Below are positions 36,250 through 44,122 of a stretch of 55,598 nucleotides of DNA, in pieces. The notes under the pieces were generated by a model that did no database searches, had not been told where the DNA came from, and saw only the letters and a list, made by a program, of their open reading frames with translations. Both the position numbers and the translations under genes were made by a program. Source of the stretch: a virus. Position 1 is the stretch's first letter. Each line of letters starts with the position of its first letter. The DNA lies in the IMG/VR virus record IMGVR_UViG_3300017433_000001, positions 1 to 55,598 of that record, one strand, 5' to 3'.

Positions 36250-37668
36250 TCAGCCCTCCACAGCCGTCGAGAGATCGAGAGGCGGGGTGGTATCAGCCTG
36301 CGGCTCGGTCGCAGCAGCCTTCTTCTTCCGCCACGGCGCGTCGGCCTCCCAATCGCCGGCCATGATGCTGCCGTAGGGCTCGACGGTGTCGACCACGTCG
36401 GCGAGGCCGTATTTGGCGATCTGAGCGCGGACGGACGCGGCGTCCTTGTAGGCGCCGGGCAGTTCGGACAGGTCGGGCTTACCGCAGTAGAACCGGGCGT
36501 CGATGCCCTCGGGCCACTCTGGCGTTCCCGTGCGCAGGTAGGCCGTGCGGCTGAGATTGCGGCCGGCACCGTGCGGCGCGAAGCCGAGGGTTTCGGGCCG
36601 GTCGCGGTGGCGCGCGATGAGGATCGGCTGGCCCATGTTGAGCGGGATTAGCGTCCGGCCGTCATCGTCCGGTGAGAAGCCTGCCCAGGACGGCGTCGCG
36701 CCCTTGCCGTGATAATAGAGCCCATCGTCGCGTCGGAAGACGAAGTTGTGCTCGTTCCAGAACCGATCTGCGATGCCTGCGCCCAGCCGATCCAGGGTAA
36801 GGCCGTGGATGGCGTAGTGGCTCTCTCGGGTCCACTCGCGCACGATCTGGAGCGCGTCCCAATAGGCACGCCCGTCGTCACTGTCGGCCTTGATCCAGGC
36901 GTTGTGCGGCGGGACTGTCGGGGCGACCTTTGCCGTGTGCCGCTTCGCGACCGACATGCCCTTCTTGTAGAGCTGCGCACCGAACCCACGCGAGCCATGG
37001 TGCGTGACCAAGGCGATCTGCCCCGTCGAGGCGAGGCGACCGACATAGGCGAAGTGGTTGCCGTCGCCCTGACTGGCGAAGTCGCCCACGGCGCGGCTGG
37101 CGATGTCCGACAGGAAGGCATTCGCGGCGACCCGCTCCATCATTTCGGCCGGCGGCGTCAGCACGTCCTTACGCCCGCCGGGACCGAAGTGCGTCACGGC
37201 GTGGACAGCGTCGAGAACCGCTTTCGGATCGTGTTCGCCGGCCAGGACCGTGATGGCGACCGAACAGCAGATGTCGGCCGAGTGGAAGCCGGGGTGGATC
37301 GCATCCTCGCACGCCACAGCCCCGCCGACCGGGATGGTGCCGGGCTGCGAACCTGACGGGCAGGCATCCGGCATGACTGCGCCCGCGCGGATCGTGGGCA
37401 GGCGCATCAGCACATCCATGTGCTCAAACACCTTCGCGGCGTTGTCGCGCTCGGCCTCGTTGTTCGTGTCGAGGAACACGCCGTAGGGCAGGGGTGCATC
37501 CCGCATCGGGATCGTTTCCGGCACGAGGTCGTGGGCTGCCATGATGATCGTGTCGACGGCGGCGCCCTCGGCATACATCGCGTTCGCGACTTCGATGGCT
37601 TCCGCGAAGTGCTTGCCGGGCTTGAGCCCCCAGCCGATCAGCGTCGCGCCTGTGATCGTCTCAGCCAT
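36250..37668 (-). CDS. rtcB: RtcB-family RNA 3'-phosphate/2',3'-cyclic phosphate ligase
   Basis: ATG 37668 after aggaga. Motifs parallel E. coli RtcB: HSADICCS (VDIGCG), GDGNHF (GTGNHF), HHGSRGFG (HSGSRGIG), NEHNF (HHNY), PHGAGRN (SHGAGR), LPGAYKD. Confidence 0.9.
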   Translation of the reverse strand: MAETITGATLIGWGLKPGKHFAEAIEVANAMYAEGAAVDTIIMAAHDLVPETIPMRDAPLPYGVFLDTNNEAERDNAAKVFEHMDVLMRLPTIRAGAVMPDACPSGSQPGTIPVGGAVACEDAIHPGFHSADICCSVAITVLAGEHDPKAVLDAVHAVTHFGPGGRKDVLTPPAEMMERVAANAFLSDIASRAVGDFASQGDGNHFAYVGRLASTGQIALVTHHGSRGFGAQLYKKGMSVAKRHTAKVAPTVPPHNAWIKADSDDGRAYWDALQIVREWTRESHYAIHGLTLDRLGAGIADRFWNEHNFVFRRDDGLYYHGKGATPSWAGFSPDDDGRTLIPLNMGQPILIARHRDRPETLGFAPHGAGRNLSRTAYLRTGTPEWPEGIDARFYCGKPDLSELPGAYKDAASVRAQIAKYGLADVVDTVEPYGSIMAGDWEADAPWRKKKAAATEPQADTTPPLDLSTAVEG

Positions 37669-37721
37669 AGCGTCCGGTCTCCTGTTCGAGCGGGGGAAGG
37701 TTGGGTTAGGGGGAGGGGGCG

Positions 37722-38573
37722 TCAGGCGGCGGCCCGCTTCGGAACGGGCCCCTTGCCCTCCATCCAAAGCTCAAGTTCCTCGACGGTGAACCAACCGTGG
37801 TTGTTGTTCTGCTGGTCTTGCGGGTTGAGCCAGAACATCACGGGGTGCTTCGAGTCGTCCCTCCGATTTGCAGAAATCGTGTCTGGAGACAGGGCGTAGA
37901 ACCCGCGACCATAACCGCCCTTGGATCGCGCCCACCTTTCAATACGCTCACGAATGCCGGTGGCTTCCGCCGCGTCTTTGATGGCTTTGCGATCTCGAAA
38001 GCCCGACTCCATCTGGTCGATCAACTTCCTTGGGATCGTGGAGCGTCGCACGATGACGAGCCCCGAGCCGCCGAAGGGGTTTGAACTTCCGGCGAGGTAG
38101 ATCAGGGCGTCGTTCTCGATCAGAGCGGTATGGATCGAGCGGATGATGAAGTCGTCCGGCCCGCCCTTCGGCGCGGAGAACAGGAAGGCGCCCTCATCCC
38201 AATGGGCCTGCGGCTTGTCCTTGGACGGGTAGCTTTCACGGTAGCCCGCAACGAACTCCTCGACTGTCTGCGCGCCGTACGGCCCTTCGTCACCGCCGAG
38301 CAGGAACAGCCGCTTGTGCGACGCGCTCTTGCCCCGGCCCGACGAGTAGTCGGTCGTTTTCACAGGCGTCTCGATCAGCTGGGCCTTTTCGGGCGATCCG
38401 GTCGTCACCGCGTACCGCTGGACCGTCAGGTCGGTTTCGTCGTTCGAGACGCCGAACGCGGACCGCAGCTTGCCGATGCCGAACTCGTGCTCGGCACAGA
38501 AGTCGTAGCCGAACGAGAGGAGGAGATTGTCACCCTCGCGGAGAGTGGCGACGTTCTGACTTGCCCTGCGCAT
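37722..38573 (-). CDS. Uncharacterised 283-aa protein, first gene of the RtcB operon
   Basis: ATG 38573 after ggagag. Well-behaved composition. I recognise no family motif. Confidence 0.75.
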   Translation of the reverse strand: MRRASQNVATLREGDNLLLSFGYDFCAEHEFGIGKLRSAFGVSNDETDLTVQRYAVTTGSPEKAQLIETPVKTTDYSSGRGKSASHKRLFLLGGDEGPYGAQTVEEFVAGYRESYPSKDKPQAHWDEGAFLFSAPKGGPDDFIIRSIHTALIENDALIYLAGSSNPFGGSGLVIVRRSTIPRKLIDQMESGFRDRKAIKDAAEATGIRERIERWARSKGGYGRGFYALSPDTISANRRDDSKHPVMFWLNPQDQQNNNHGWFTVEELELWMEGKGPVPKRAAA

Positions 38574-38594
38574 TGCTCTCTCCGGTTGCCTCAA

Positions 38595-38660
38595 ATCAAC
38601 ATGACGTATAATCTACATGGCGTTGATTTAGAGCGCAAGGGCTATCTACGTGGCGTTGAT
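38595..38660. promoter_or_regulatory. Divergent promoter/operator region with three copies of a 17-bp box
   Basis: ATCTACATGGCGTTGAT (38611-38627) and ATCTACGTGGCGTTGAT (38644-38660) lie 33 bp apart. A 12/17 inverted copy sits at 38595-38611. TATAAT at 38607-38612. TTGCGC-N17-TAGATT on the minus strand. Confidence 0.5.
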
Positions 38661-38700
38661 CGCTTGTGGTGATGCGGCTGCCGCGCTATCGCGCCGGGCA

Positions 38701-38985
38701 ATGGACAACGAGCCGTGGCAGATACGGGCTCAGGCGGCTGGCCTTGAGCAAAAGACGCTGGCCCGCCTCCTTGGCCGGCCGGTGAACACGATCTCGCGTC
38801 AGATCCGGGGGGTTCATGGCGAGGTGCCGCAACATCTCATCGCCGTCATCGTGGCCTGGGAGATGATGGAACCGGACGAGCGGGTCGTATGGCTCTCGAC
38901 CGTGGAGCGGGAGGTTCGCGCCTCGCCGCCTTCCGCTTCCCTCACCCGCCGCGAGCGCCCCCGCCCCAATCCGAAAACAGATTGA
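38701..38985 (+). CDS. HTH transcriptional regulator (94 aa), divergent from the RtcB operon
   Basis: GLEQKTLARLLGRPVNTISRQIRG is an XRE/Cro-type helix-turn-helix. ATG 38701 (the GTG at 38650 would overlap the operators). Confidence 0.7.
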   Translation: MDNEPWQIRAQAAGLEQKTLARLLGRPVNTISRQIRGVHGEVPQHLIAVIVAWEMMEPDERVVWLSTVEREVRASPPSASLTRRERPRPNPKTD

Positions 38986-38996
38986 GGGGAGGGGGA

Positions 38997-39326
38997 CTAG
39001 GGACCCGGAAACAGGTCTGGCTGACCAACCTTGCGAAAGCGCGTCTGCCGGGCGTTCCGCTGGTGCTGCTCGTGGTCCCACTTCAGATGGCACCGCTGGC
39101 AGAGCGCGCGGAGGTTGTCGTCCTCGTTGTTCGCCACGTCCTGATCCATGTGGGCGATGGTCAGGACGACCTTGCTGCCGGTCTCGGGATGTGGCTCGCG
39201 GTTCACGGCCCGGCACTCAGGGTGCTGCGGCGTGCCTTCGCAGGCGTCGCCAGCCCTTGCGATGATCCGCCCTCGGATGGCGAGCCATGCTGCCGAACGG
39301 ATCGATCCGCCGGGGTACAGCTTCAT
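38997..39326 (-). CDS. HNH endonuclease (small HNH_5-like, 109 aa)
   Basis: ATG 39326 (M51 of ORF 38997..39476). HMDQDVANNEDDNLRALCQRCHLKWD. Confidence 0.8.
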   Translation of the reverse strand: MKLYPGGSIRSAAWLAIRGRIIARAGDACEGTPQHPECRAVNREPHPETGSKVVLTIAHMDQDVANNEDDNLRALCQRCHLKWDHEQHQRNARQTRFRKVGQPDLFPGP

Positions 39327-39337
39327 GCGTTCGCTGC

Positions 39338-39715
39338 TTATCGGCACGGCGTTTCCTCCTTCGGGGTTGCGGGTGCGGGGAGGGGGCAGCCGCAATGCTC
39401 GCGAACCATGGCGCGAAGCTCCTCCCACGAGCGCGACCCGACAGGCTCGTCCCGGCCGGTTTCCGAGAAGAACCATGCGCGCTTGAGCGTCCCCAGGTCC
39501 GTCAGGTGGTCGTCGTTCATACAGAGGGCGACGGCGGCGGTGATGCCCTTGCGCCGCCGCTCAATCTCGGCGGCCTCGTCGGCGATATCCTTCGCCAAGT
39601 CCTCGACTAACTGCCGCTGCCTGCCGTGAAGCCGATTGATTTGCCGACCGCTCATGTCGGGCATGGGGTTGTAGAGTAGGGCGATCCTGTTCGCGATTTC
39701 CTGTGCGTCGTTCAC
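39338..39715 (-). CDS. Hypothetical protein (125 aa)
   Basis: Track ORF. ATGA-type coupling to the upstream gene. Confidence 0.6.
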   Translation of the reverse strand: MNDAQEIANRIALLYNPMPDMSGRQINRLHGRQRQLVEDLAKDIADEAAEIERRRKGITAAVALCMNDDHLTDLGTLKRAWFFSETGRDEPVGSRSWEELRAMVREHCGCPLPAPATPKEETPCR

Positions 39716-40086
39716 GGCGTTTCGCCTCCCTGCGCGAGGTTAGGAGCGACGGGGGGAGTGGGGCCGTAGCCGTGAGGCTTCCAGTCCATGCGCGAGAGCT
39801 TCCAGGCCATTCGCTCACGGGCCGCGAGGCAGCCTTCCGAGCCAGGCTGGAAGGTCTGGCAAACTCGCGGTCGGCGGCTGTAAATCCCGCATCGGACGGA
39901 TGTTCCAATCTCGCCCCCTAGGGCGACGCACCGTCCGCCGATGTGCTTCGCCATGAAGCGACGATCTCCGTCACTTCTGTTCGAACAGAGCATCTGCGGC
40001 GGCATCCACTCGTCACGCGCGACCGGCACGGCCCCGGCCTCGACGCAGCACGCCCCGCACGCTTGGCAGTTCAGGGCGGCGCTCAA
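39712..40086 (-). CDS. YkgJ-family zinc/iron-chelating domain protein (CxxCxxCC)
   Basis: CQACGACC motif plus downstream Cys residues. TTG 40086 overlaps the upstream stop (TTGA) and follows ggggagag. Confidence 0.7.
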   Translation of the reverse strand: MSAALNCQACGACCVEAGAVPVARDEWMPPQMLCSNRSDGDRRFMAKHIGGRCVALGGEIGTSVRCGIYSRRPRVCQTFQPGSEGCLAARERMAWKLSRMDWKPHGYGPTPPVAPNLAQGGETP

Positions 40087-40577
40087 CGTCCGCTCTCCCC
40101 TGCGGAGAGGGAGGGGGCAGACTGCAACCACAGCCACGCATCACGGGTCCACAGCGCGTCGGACAGGGCGTGGTGTTCGCCGTAGGTCTGTTCGGGCGGC
40201 TTACCGCAGCCGACGCGATCGATTTCCTGCTTCAGGTCCCGGACGTACATCGGCCAGCCCTCAGGCAACTCCATCATCGTGCCGTAGAGTTGGCAGAGCG
40301 CGACCCAATCGTAGGAGGCGTAGTAGGCCCAGAACTCGGGGTTGGGGCCAGCGAACTCGATGAGGTCACTCTTGATACGCTGGCGATACCTCATTGCGTT
40401 GCCGAGCTTCAGGTGCGGAGCTACGTTCGCCGCCAGCCATTCGCTCTGTCGGCAAAAATACAGGCACTCCATCGTCTCGGCGTAGTAGGTCGCACCGTCC
40501 TCGCGCACGGCGCCGATGCTGATAAGGTCGATGGTGGTGCCGTTCTCGTAGAACTCGGTGTCAAACCAGATTTTCAT
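40083..40577 (-). CDS. DEDDh 3'-5' exonuclease, Rv2179c/RNase-AS-like exoribonuclease family
   Basis: MKIWFDTEF...IDLISIGAV, WAYYASYDW and HHALSDA match the DEDDh triad and the recalled PF16473 pattern. Confidence 0.8.
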   Translation of the reverse strand: MKIWFDTEFYENGTTIDLISIGAVREDGATYYAETMECLYFCRQSEWLAANVAPHLKLGNAMRYRQRIKSDLIEFAGPNPEFWAYYASYDWVALCQLYGTMMELPEGWPMYVRDLKQEIDRVGCGKPPEQTYGEHHALSDALWTRDAWLWLQSAPSLSAGESGR

Positions 40578-40581
40578 GGCC

Positions 40582-41166
40582 CTACGCCCTCTCTGCGGTG
40601 GAGGGGGCAGAGGCGGGCCGTATGAACGGGCTTCGAGACCGCCCCTTCGCGGCCATGTCCGCCACGTTGTCGACCTGCCGTCCTAAGCTCAGGTGCGCCG
40701 GGTTGCAGCACGCAGGATTATCGCAAGAGTGCATCACCACAGTGCCGTGGTGTTCTTCGGCGTTGGTGATGGGGCCTTTCGTAAGGGCGTAGATCAGCCG
40801 GTGCGGCAGGTATAGCTTGCCGTCGACCTTAAAGCGTCCGTGACCAAAGTTCGACTTCGCTGCCGTCCAAGGCCAGCACTGATCCGGCTCGCCCTTTTGG
40901 ACCTTGGACCATAGGCGATACTCTTCCCAGGGCTTGAGAACCGGAAGGTCAACGGCCTTGAGCGCCTTCGGGGTTGGCGCGGGTCGGTGAGCCTTCCGAG
41001 CTGCCAGTCGTTCGGCAACCGCGCGCTCTGCCGCGTCAAGGCGCGCGAGGCGGCGTTGCCAGCGGTCGGGCTCGTACATGCGCATCTTGCGAAGCGCCAT
41101 AGCCCTGCGTTTTTCAGCGATGTCGGGATGCGGTACGGCAGCAGGCAAATCGGCCTCCAGCGTCAC
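40582..41166 (-). CDS. HNH homing endonuclease (HNH_3 type)
   Basis: CWPW...GHGRF...LPHRLIY...HSCDNPACCNPAHLSLGRQVDNVADM. GTG start. Confidence 0.85.
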   Translation of the reverse strand: MTLEADLPAAVPHPDIAEKRRAMALRKMRMYEPDRWQRRLARLDAAERAVAERLAARKAHRPAPTPKALKAVDLPVLKPWEEYRLWSKVQKGEPDQCWPWTAAKSNFGHGRFKVDGKLYLPHRLIYALTKGPITNAEEHHGTVVMHSCDNPACCNPAHLSLGRQVDNVADMAAKGRSRSPFIRPASAPSTAERA

Positions 41167-41172
41167 ACACGG

Positions 41173-41364
41173 CGTACAACATGCCGTGCGGTGCGATCCG
41201 CTAAGTGCCTGATTTTATTGCCCGTACCGGGCCATTATAGGAATAATGGCGGAGAGGGGGGCAATCCAACCCAGACCTAGTGAACCAAGGAATTTCAACA
41301 ACTTGCACTATGCCGATTGACGGCGCAAGGGCGGCGGGGCACAAAATCGTACAACATTCCGTGC
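41173..41364. other. Candidate attP region: 17-bp arm-type direct repeats flanking an AT-richer palindrome
   Basis: CGTACAACATGCCGTGC (41173-41189) and CGTACAACATTCCGTGC (41348-41364). GCCATTAT-agga-ATAATGGC at 41231-41250. Immediately upstream of int. Confidence 0.35.
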
Positions 41365-41383
41365 AACATGGGCGCGCCCGATT

Positions 41384-42697
41384 TTGGCTGACTACCTGAC
41401 GAAGCGGGACGGGTTCTGGCACTTCGTGCGGCGCGTTCCAGAGGCGTTCAAGACCCTCGACAAGCGCGGCATCGTCAAGCAGTCGACGGATATTCGGGTA
41501 GCTGACGATCCGCTCAGGAAGCGGGCGCGCGAGGCGTCCCGCAAGATCAACGCGCAGTTGGAAGCCTACTGGCGCGGGATGGTGGACGGACAGTCGGCCG
41601 AGGCGCAGCGCCGGTACGATGCGGCTAGGGCACGCGCCAGAAGCCTAGGCTTCGATTACGCCTCCGCCGATGAGATCGCGGGTATGCGGCGGATCAGCGA
41701 AATCCTGTCCCGCATGGAAGCCCTGATGCGGAAGGGCGACCCGAACAGCGAACAGGACATGGCAGCGGCGTTCGGCGGAGAGGCGCCACCCAGCCTGATG
41801 CTGTCTGGCCTGTTCGATGTGTTCGAGGGGTTGAGCGCAGGGTCCATGGGCGATCTGTCTCCAGACCAGAAGCGGAAATGGGCCAACCCGAAGAAGCGCG
41901 CCTTGGCGAACCTCATCGAAGTTGTCGGCGACAAGGAGATCGGGGCCGTCACGCGGAACGACGCCCTGGACTTCCGAGAGTGGTGGACGAAGCGCGTTCT
42001 CCAAGAGGATATGGAGATCGACACGGCCAACAAGGACATCGGCCACATCTCCAAAATGTTCAGGACGGTCGAGACCTGCCGCCGCCTCGGGCTCGCGCCC
42101 GTGTTTCAAGATCTGCGGATCGAGGGCGGAGTTACGGAAAGTCGCTTTCCGTTCGCCCCGTCTTTCGTCCAGGACCGGCTTCTGATGACCGGCGCCCTCG
42201 ACGGTTTGAACGAAGAGGCGAGGCGGGTCCTGTACCTAATGGTCGAGACGGGCCTTCGCTTGTCCGAGTGCGCCAACTTGACGGAGAAAACGATCATCCT
42301 GAACCACGCGGTGCCTCACGTTCAGGTCCGCCCCGATGGGCGGAGGATGAAAACGACTCAGTCCAACCGGGACATTCCCCTGGTAGGCGTTGCCCTCATG
42401 GCGATGCAGGCGCAGCCGGGCGGCTTTCCGCGATACCGTGATAAGGCCGGCAGCTTGTCAGCGACCGTGAACAAGTTCCTGCTGGAGAACGGTATGCGCC
42501 CCAAGGAGGATCAAACCGCCTACTCGCTGCGCCACACCTTCGAGGACCGTCTTACGGCAGTCGAAGCCCCGGAAAAGATGATCGCGGGCTTCATGGGGCA
42601 CAAGCACAACCGCCCGAAATACGGGTCGGGGCCGACCTTGGAGCACAAGCGGGAATGGCTTCAGCGGATCGCTTTCAAACCGCCGTCCAGGGTGTGA
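41384..42697 (+). CDS. int: Tyrosine recombinase / phage integrase
   Basis: 437 aa. RLSECANL (Arg), AYSLRHTFEDRL (HxxR), GHKHNRPKYG (His...Tyr). TTG start as in the track. Confidence 0.9.
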   Translation: MADYLTKRDGFWHFVRRVPEAFKTLDKRGIVKQSTDIRVADDPLRKRAREASRKINAQLEAYWRGMVDGQSAEAQRRYDAARARARSLGFDYASADEIAGMRRISEILSRMEALMRKGDPNSEQDMAAAFGGEAPPSLMLSGLFDVFEGLSAGSMGDLSPDQKRKWANPKKRALANLIEVVGDKEIGAVTRNDALDFREWWTKRVLQEDMEIDTANKDIGHISKMFRTVETCRRLGLAPVFQDLRIEGGVTESRFPFAPSFVQDRLLMTGALDGLNEEARRVLYLMVETGLRLSECANLTEKTIILNHAVPHVQVRPDGRRMKTTQSNRDIPLVGVALMAMQAQPGGFPRYRDKAGSLSATVNKFLLENGMRPKEDQTAYSLRHTFEDRLTAVEAPEKMIAGFMGHKHNRPKYGSGPTLEHKREWLQRIAFKPPSRV

Positions 42698-42942
42698 CGT
42701 TCGAGGGCCTGCCGAGCGCGATCCATGACGTCCAGGCTGCGCCGTGCTTCGAGAATTTCTCGCTCCATGCGCTCCAGCAGCGGCGCATAGACGACGCCGT
42801 GCGTGATGACAGCCCAAGCGAAGAACGTGTAGGCCCGCTCTAGATCCGAAAAACTGATTTCCGGCTCCCGCCGCTCGTCAGCGCGCCGTGTACCGGCCGG
42901 GTCACCCCGTGGCGCAGCCCTAGCCTTCGCCATGGCGCTCAT
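42661..42942 (-). CDS. Hypothetical protein (93 aa), convergent with and overlapping the int 3' end
   Basis: Track ORF, last gene of the leftward early operon. It overlaps int by 37 nt. Confidence 0.5.
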   Translation of the reverse strand: MSAMAKARAAPRGDPAGTRRADERREPEISFSDLERAYTFFAWAVITHGVVYAPLLERMEREILEARRSLDVMDRARQALERHTLDGGLKAIR

Positions 42943-43321
42943 CCTTCGCTACGGGACTGGTGGGGGAGGGGACTGCCCCTCCGCGTTCAGCGAGGGCGGC
43001 GCGGACCTGAGCGGCGTCGGCTTCCTGGCCGGGCCAGGGGTTCGCCACCATCGAGAAGGCTCGTTGGACCGCGATCCGCAGCTTCTCGATCTCGATCTGC
43101 CGCATCATGGCGGCGTGGGTCGCTTCGTACTCCCCGGACCGTCGCCAGATCTCCTGCTGGTCCCACGGCTTGAAGACGTCGCGGATCACATGGTGGCCGC
43201 CATACAGGAAGCCTTGGATGCGATCCGGGGCGCCGTCCATGGCGTCCACCAACAGCGCCAGGAACCCGTCGTTCTGCACCATGATCTCAAGAGGAGCCGT
43301 CAGTCCCGTGCCCTTAGCCAT
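42920..43321 (-). CDS. Hypothetical protein (133 aa)
   Basis: ATG 43321 (M68 of ORF 42920..43522) overlaps the upstream stop by 8 nt. Confidence 0.6.
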   Translation of the reverse strand: MAKGTGLTAPLEIMVQNDGFLALLVDAMDGAPDRIQGFLYGGHHVIRDVFKPWDQQEIWRRSGEYEATHAAMMRQIEIEKLRIAVQRAFSMVANPWPGQEADAAQVRAALAERGGAVPSPTSPVAKDERHGEG

Positions 43322-43889
43322 CGGTCCGGCCTCCGGGGGTGGTCGGCGGGGCGGGGAGGGGCATCCAGTGGGTGGCAGTCCAGTAGCTCCCCATCTCGAT
43401 AACTCGGATGCCGTCCGCCTCGCCGTCTCCAATCCAAGAGCCCCTTTCGAACCAGACATCAGCCTCGCGCCATTGCCGGCATGACGAGTGCTCGCAAAGC
43501 CATAGGTCGACATGCGTCCCATCCTTCGGCGCCGTCTCGATGGGCTGCCAGCTTTCAGCCCGTGCGGCGGCGACAGCCTCGGTTAGGGTGGTGGGATCGA
43601 TGAGGCGGCCGGCGCGGTAGTCGTTCTCCAATCGGCAGAGAAAGGCGCTGATGGCCTCCGTCTGCCGTGGCTGGCGGCCCTCGGCTCGGGCCGCACTTTG
43701 TTCCGCCTCGTCGTCGTCGCCCTTAGCCACGAAAATCACGGGGCGGAAACCATCCTCGCGCAATGGGCCTCGAACCCACCCCCAATCGTCGAATTTCTGA
43801 GGGCGTACGGTCCACGGACCTTTCGGCGCCGCCTCAGAAAGCTCCCGCAAGCTCGGCGCGCTCTGTGTCTCAGCCATGGGGGTGCTCAT
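43314..43889 (-). CDS. Hypothetical protein (191 aa) with DUF551-like C-terminal segment
   Basis: ATGA overlap at 43886-43889 (M88 of ORF 43314..44150). WQPIETAPKDGTHVDLW pattern. Confidence 0.6.
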   Translation of the reverse strand: MSTPMAETQSAPSLRELSEAAPKGPWTVRPQKFDDWGWVRGPLREDGFRPVIFVAKGDDDEAEQSAARAEGRQPRQTEAISAFLCRLENDYRAGRLIDPTTLTEAVAAARAESWQPIETAPKDGTHVDLWLCEHSSCRQWREADVWFERGSWIGDGEADGIRVIEMGSYWTATHWMPLPAPPTTPGGRTDG

Positions 43890-44122
43890 GCGGAGGGCTC
43901 CGATTGGTGAGTGCCCAGACGATCCGGTGCCCAGACGGAGACGCCGGTCTTGGTCCGAACCACGCCGAACGTGTTGGCGAGGTCGCTGCCCTGAGTGACG
44001 GCCATCACGGCTCCCGGCTCGGGGCCAAGGCCATTGGCGAGGGCGAAGCTCGCGCAGCGGACCATTGAGACGAGGTCGAGGGTTGAGGCGCCCTCGTTTG
44101 CGTTGAGGATGATCCGCATCAC
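43886..44122 (-). CDS. Hypothetical protein (78 aa)
   Basis: ATGA overlaps on both sides. Confidence 0.55.
   Translation of the reverse strand: MMRIILNANEGASTLDLVSMVRCASFALANGLGPEPGAVMAVTQGSDLANTFGVVRTKTGVSVWAPDRLGTHQSEPSA

Noticed and set aside
37669-37767. TTG-initiated 33-codon N-terminal extension of RtcB offered by the ORF track.
   Set aside because: The extension is Pro/Arg-rich non-protein-like sequence that contains the aggaga RBS for ATG 37668. RtcB homology begins after that ATG.
41231-41300. tRNA 3' fragment within the candidate attP (gggttggattgcccc on the minus strand looks vaguely T-arm-like).
   Set aside because: I could not build a complementary T-stem, a TTCRANY loop or an acceptor strand.
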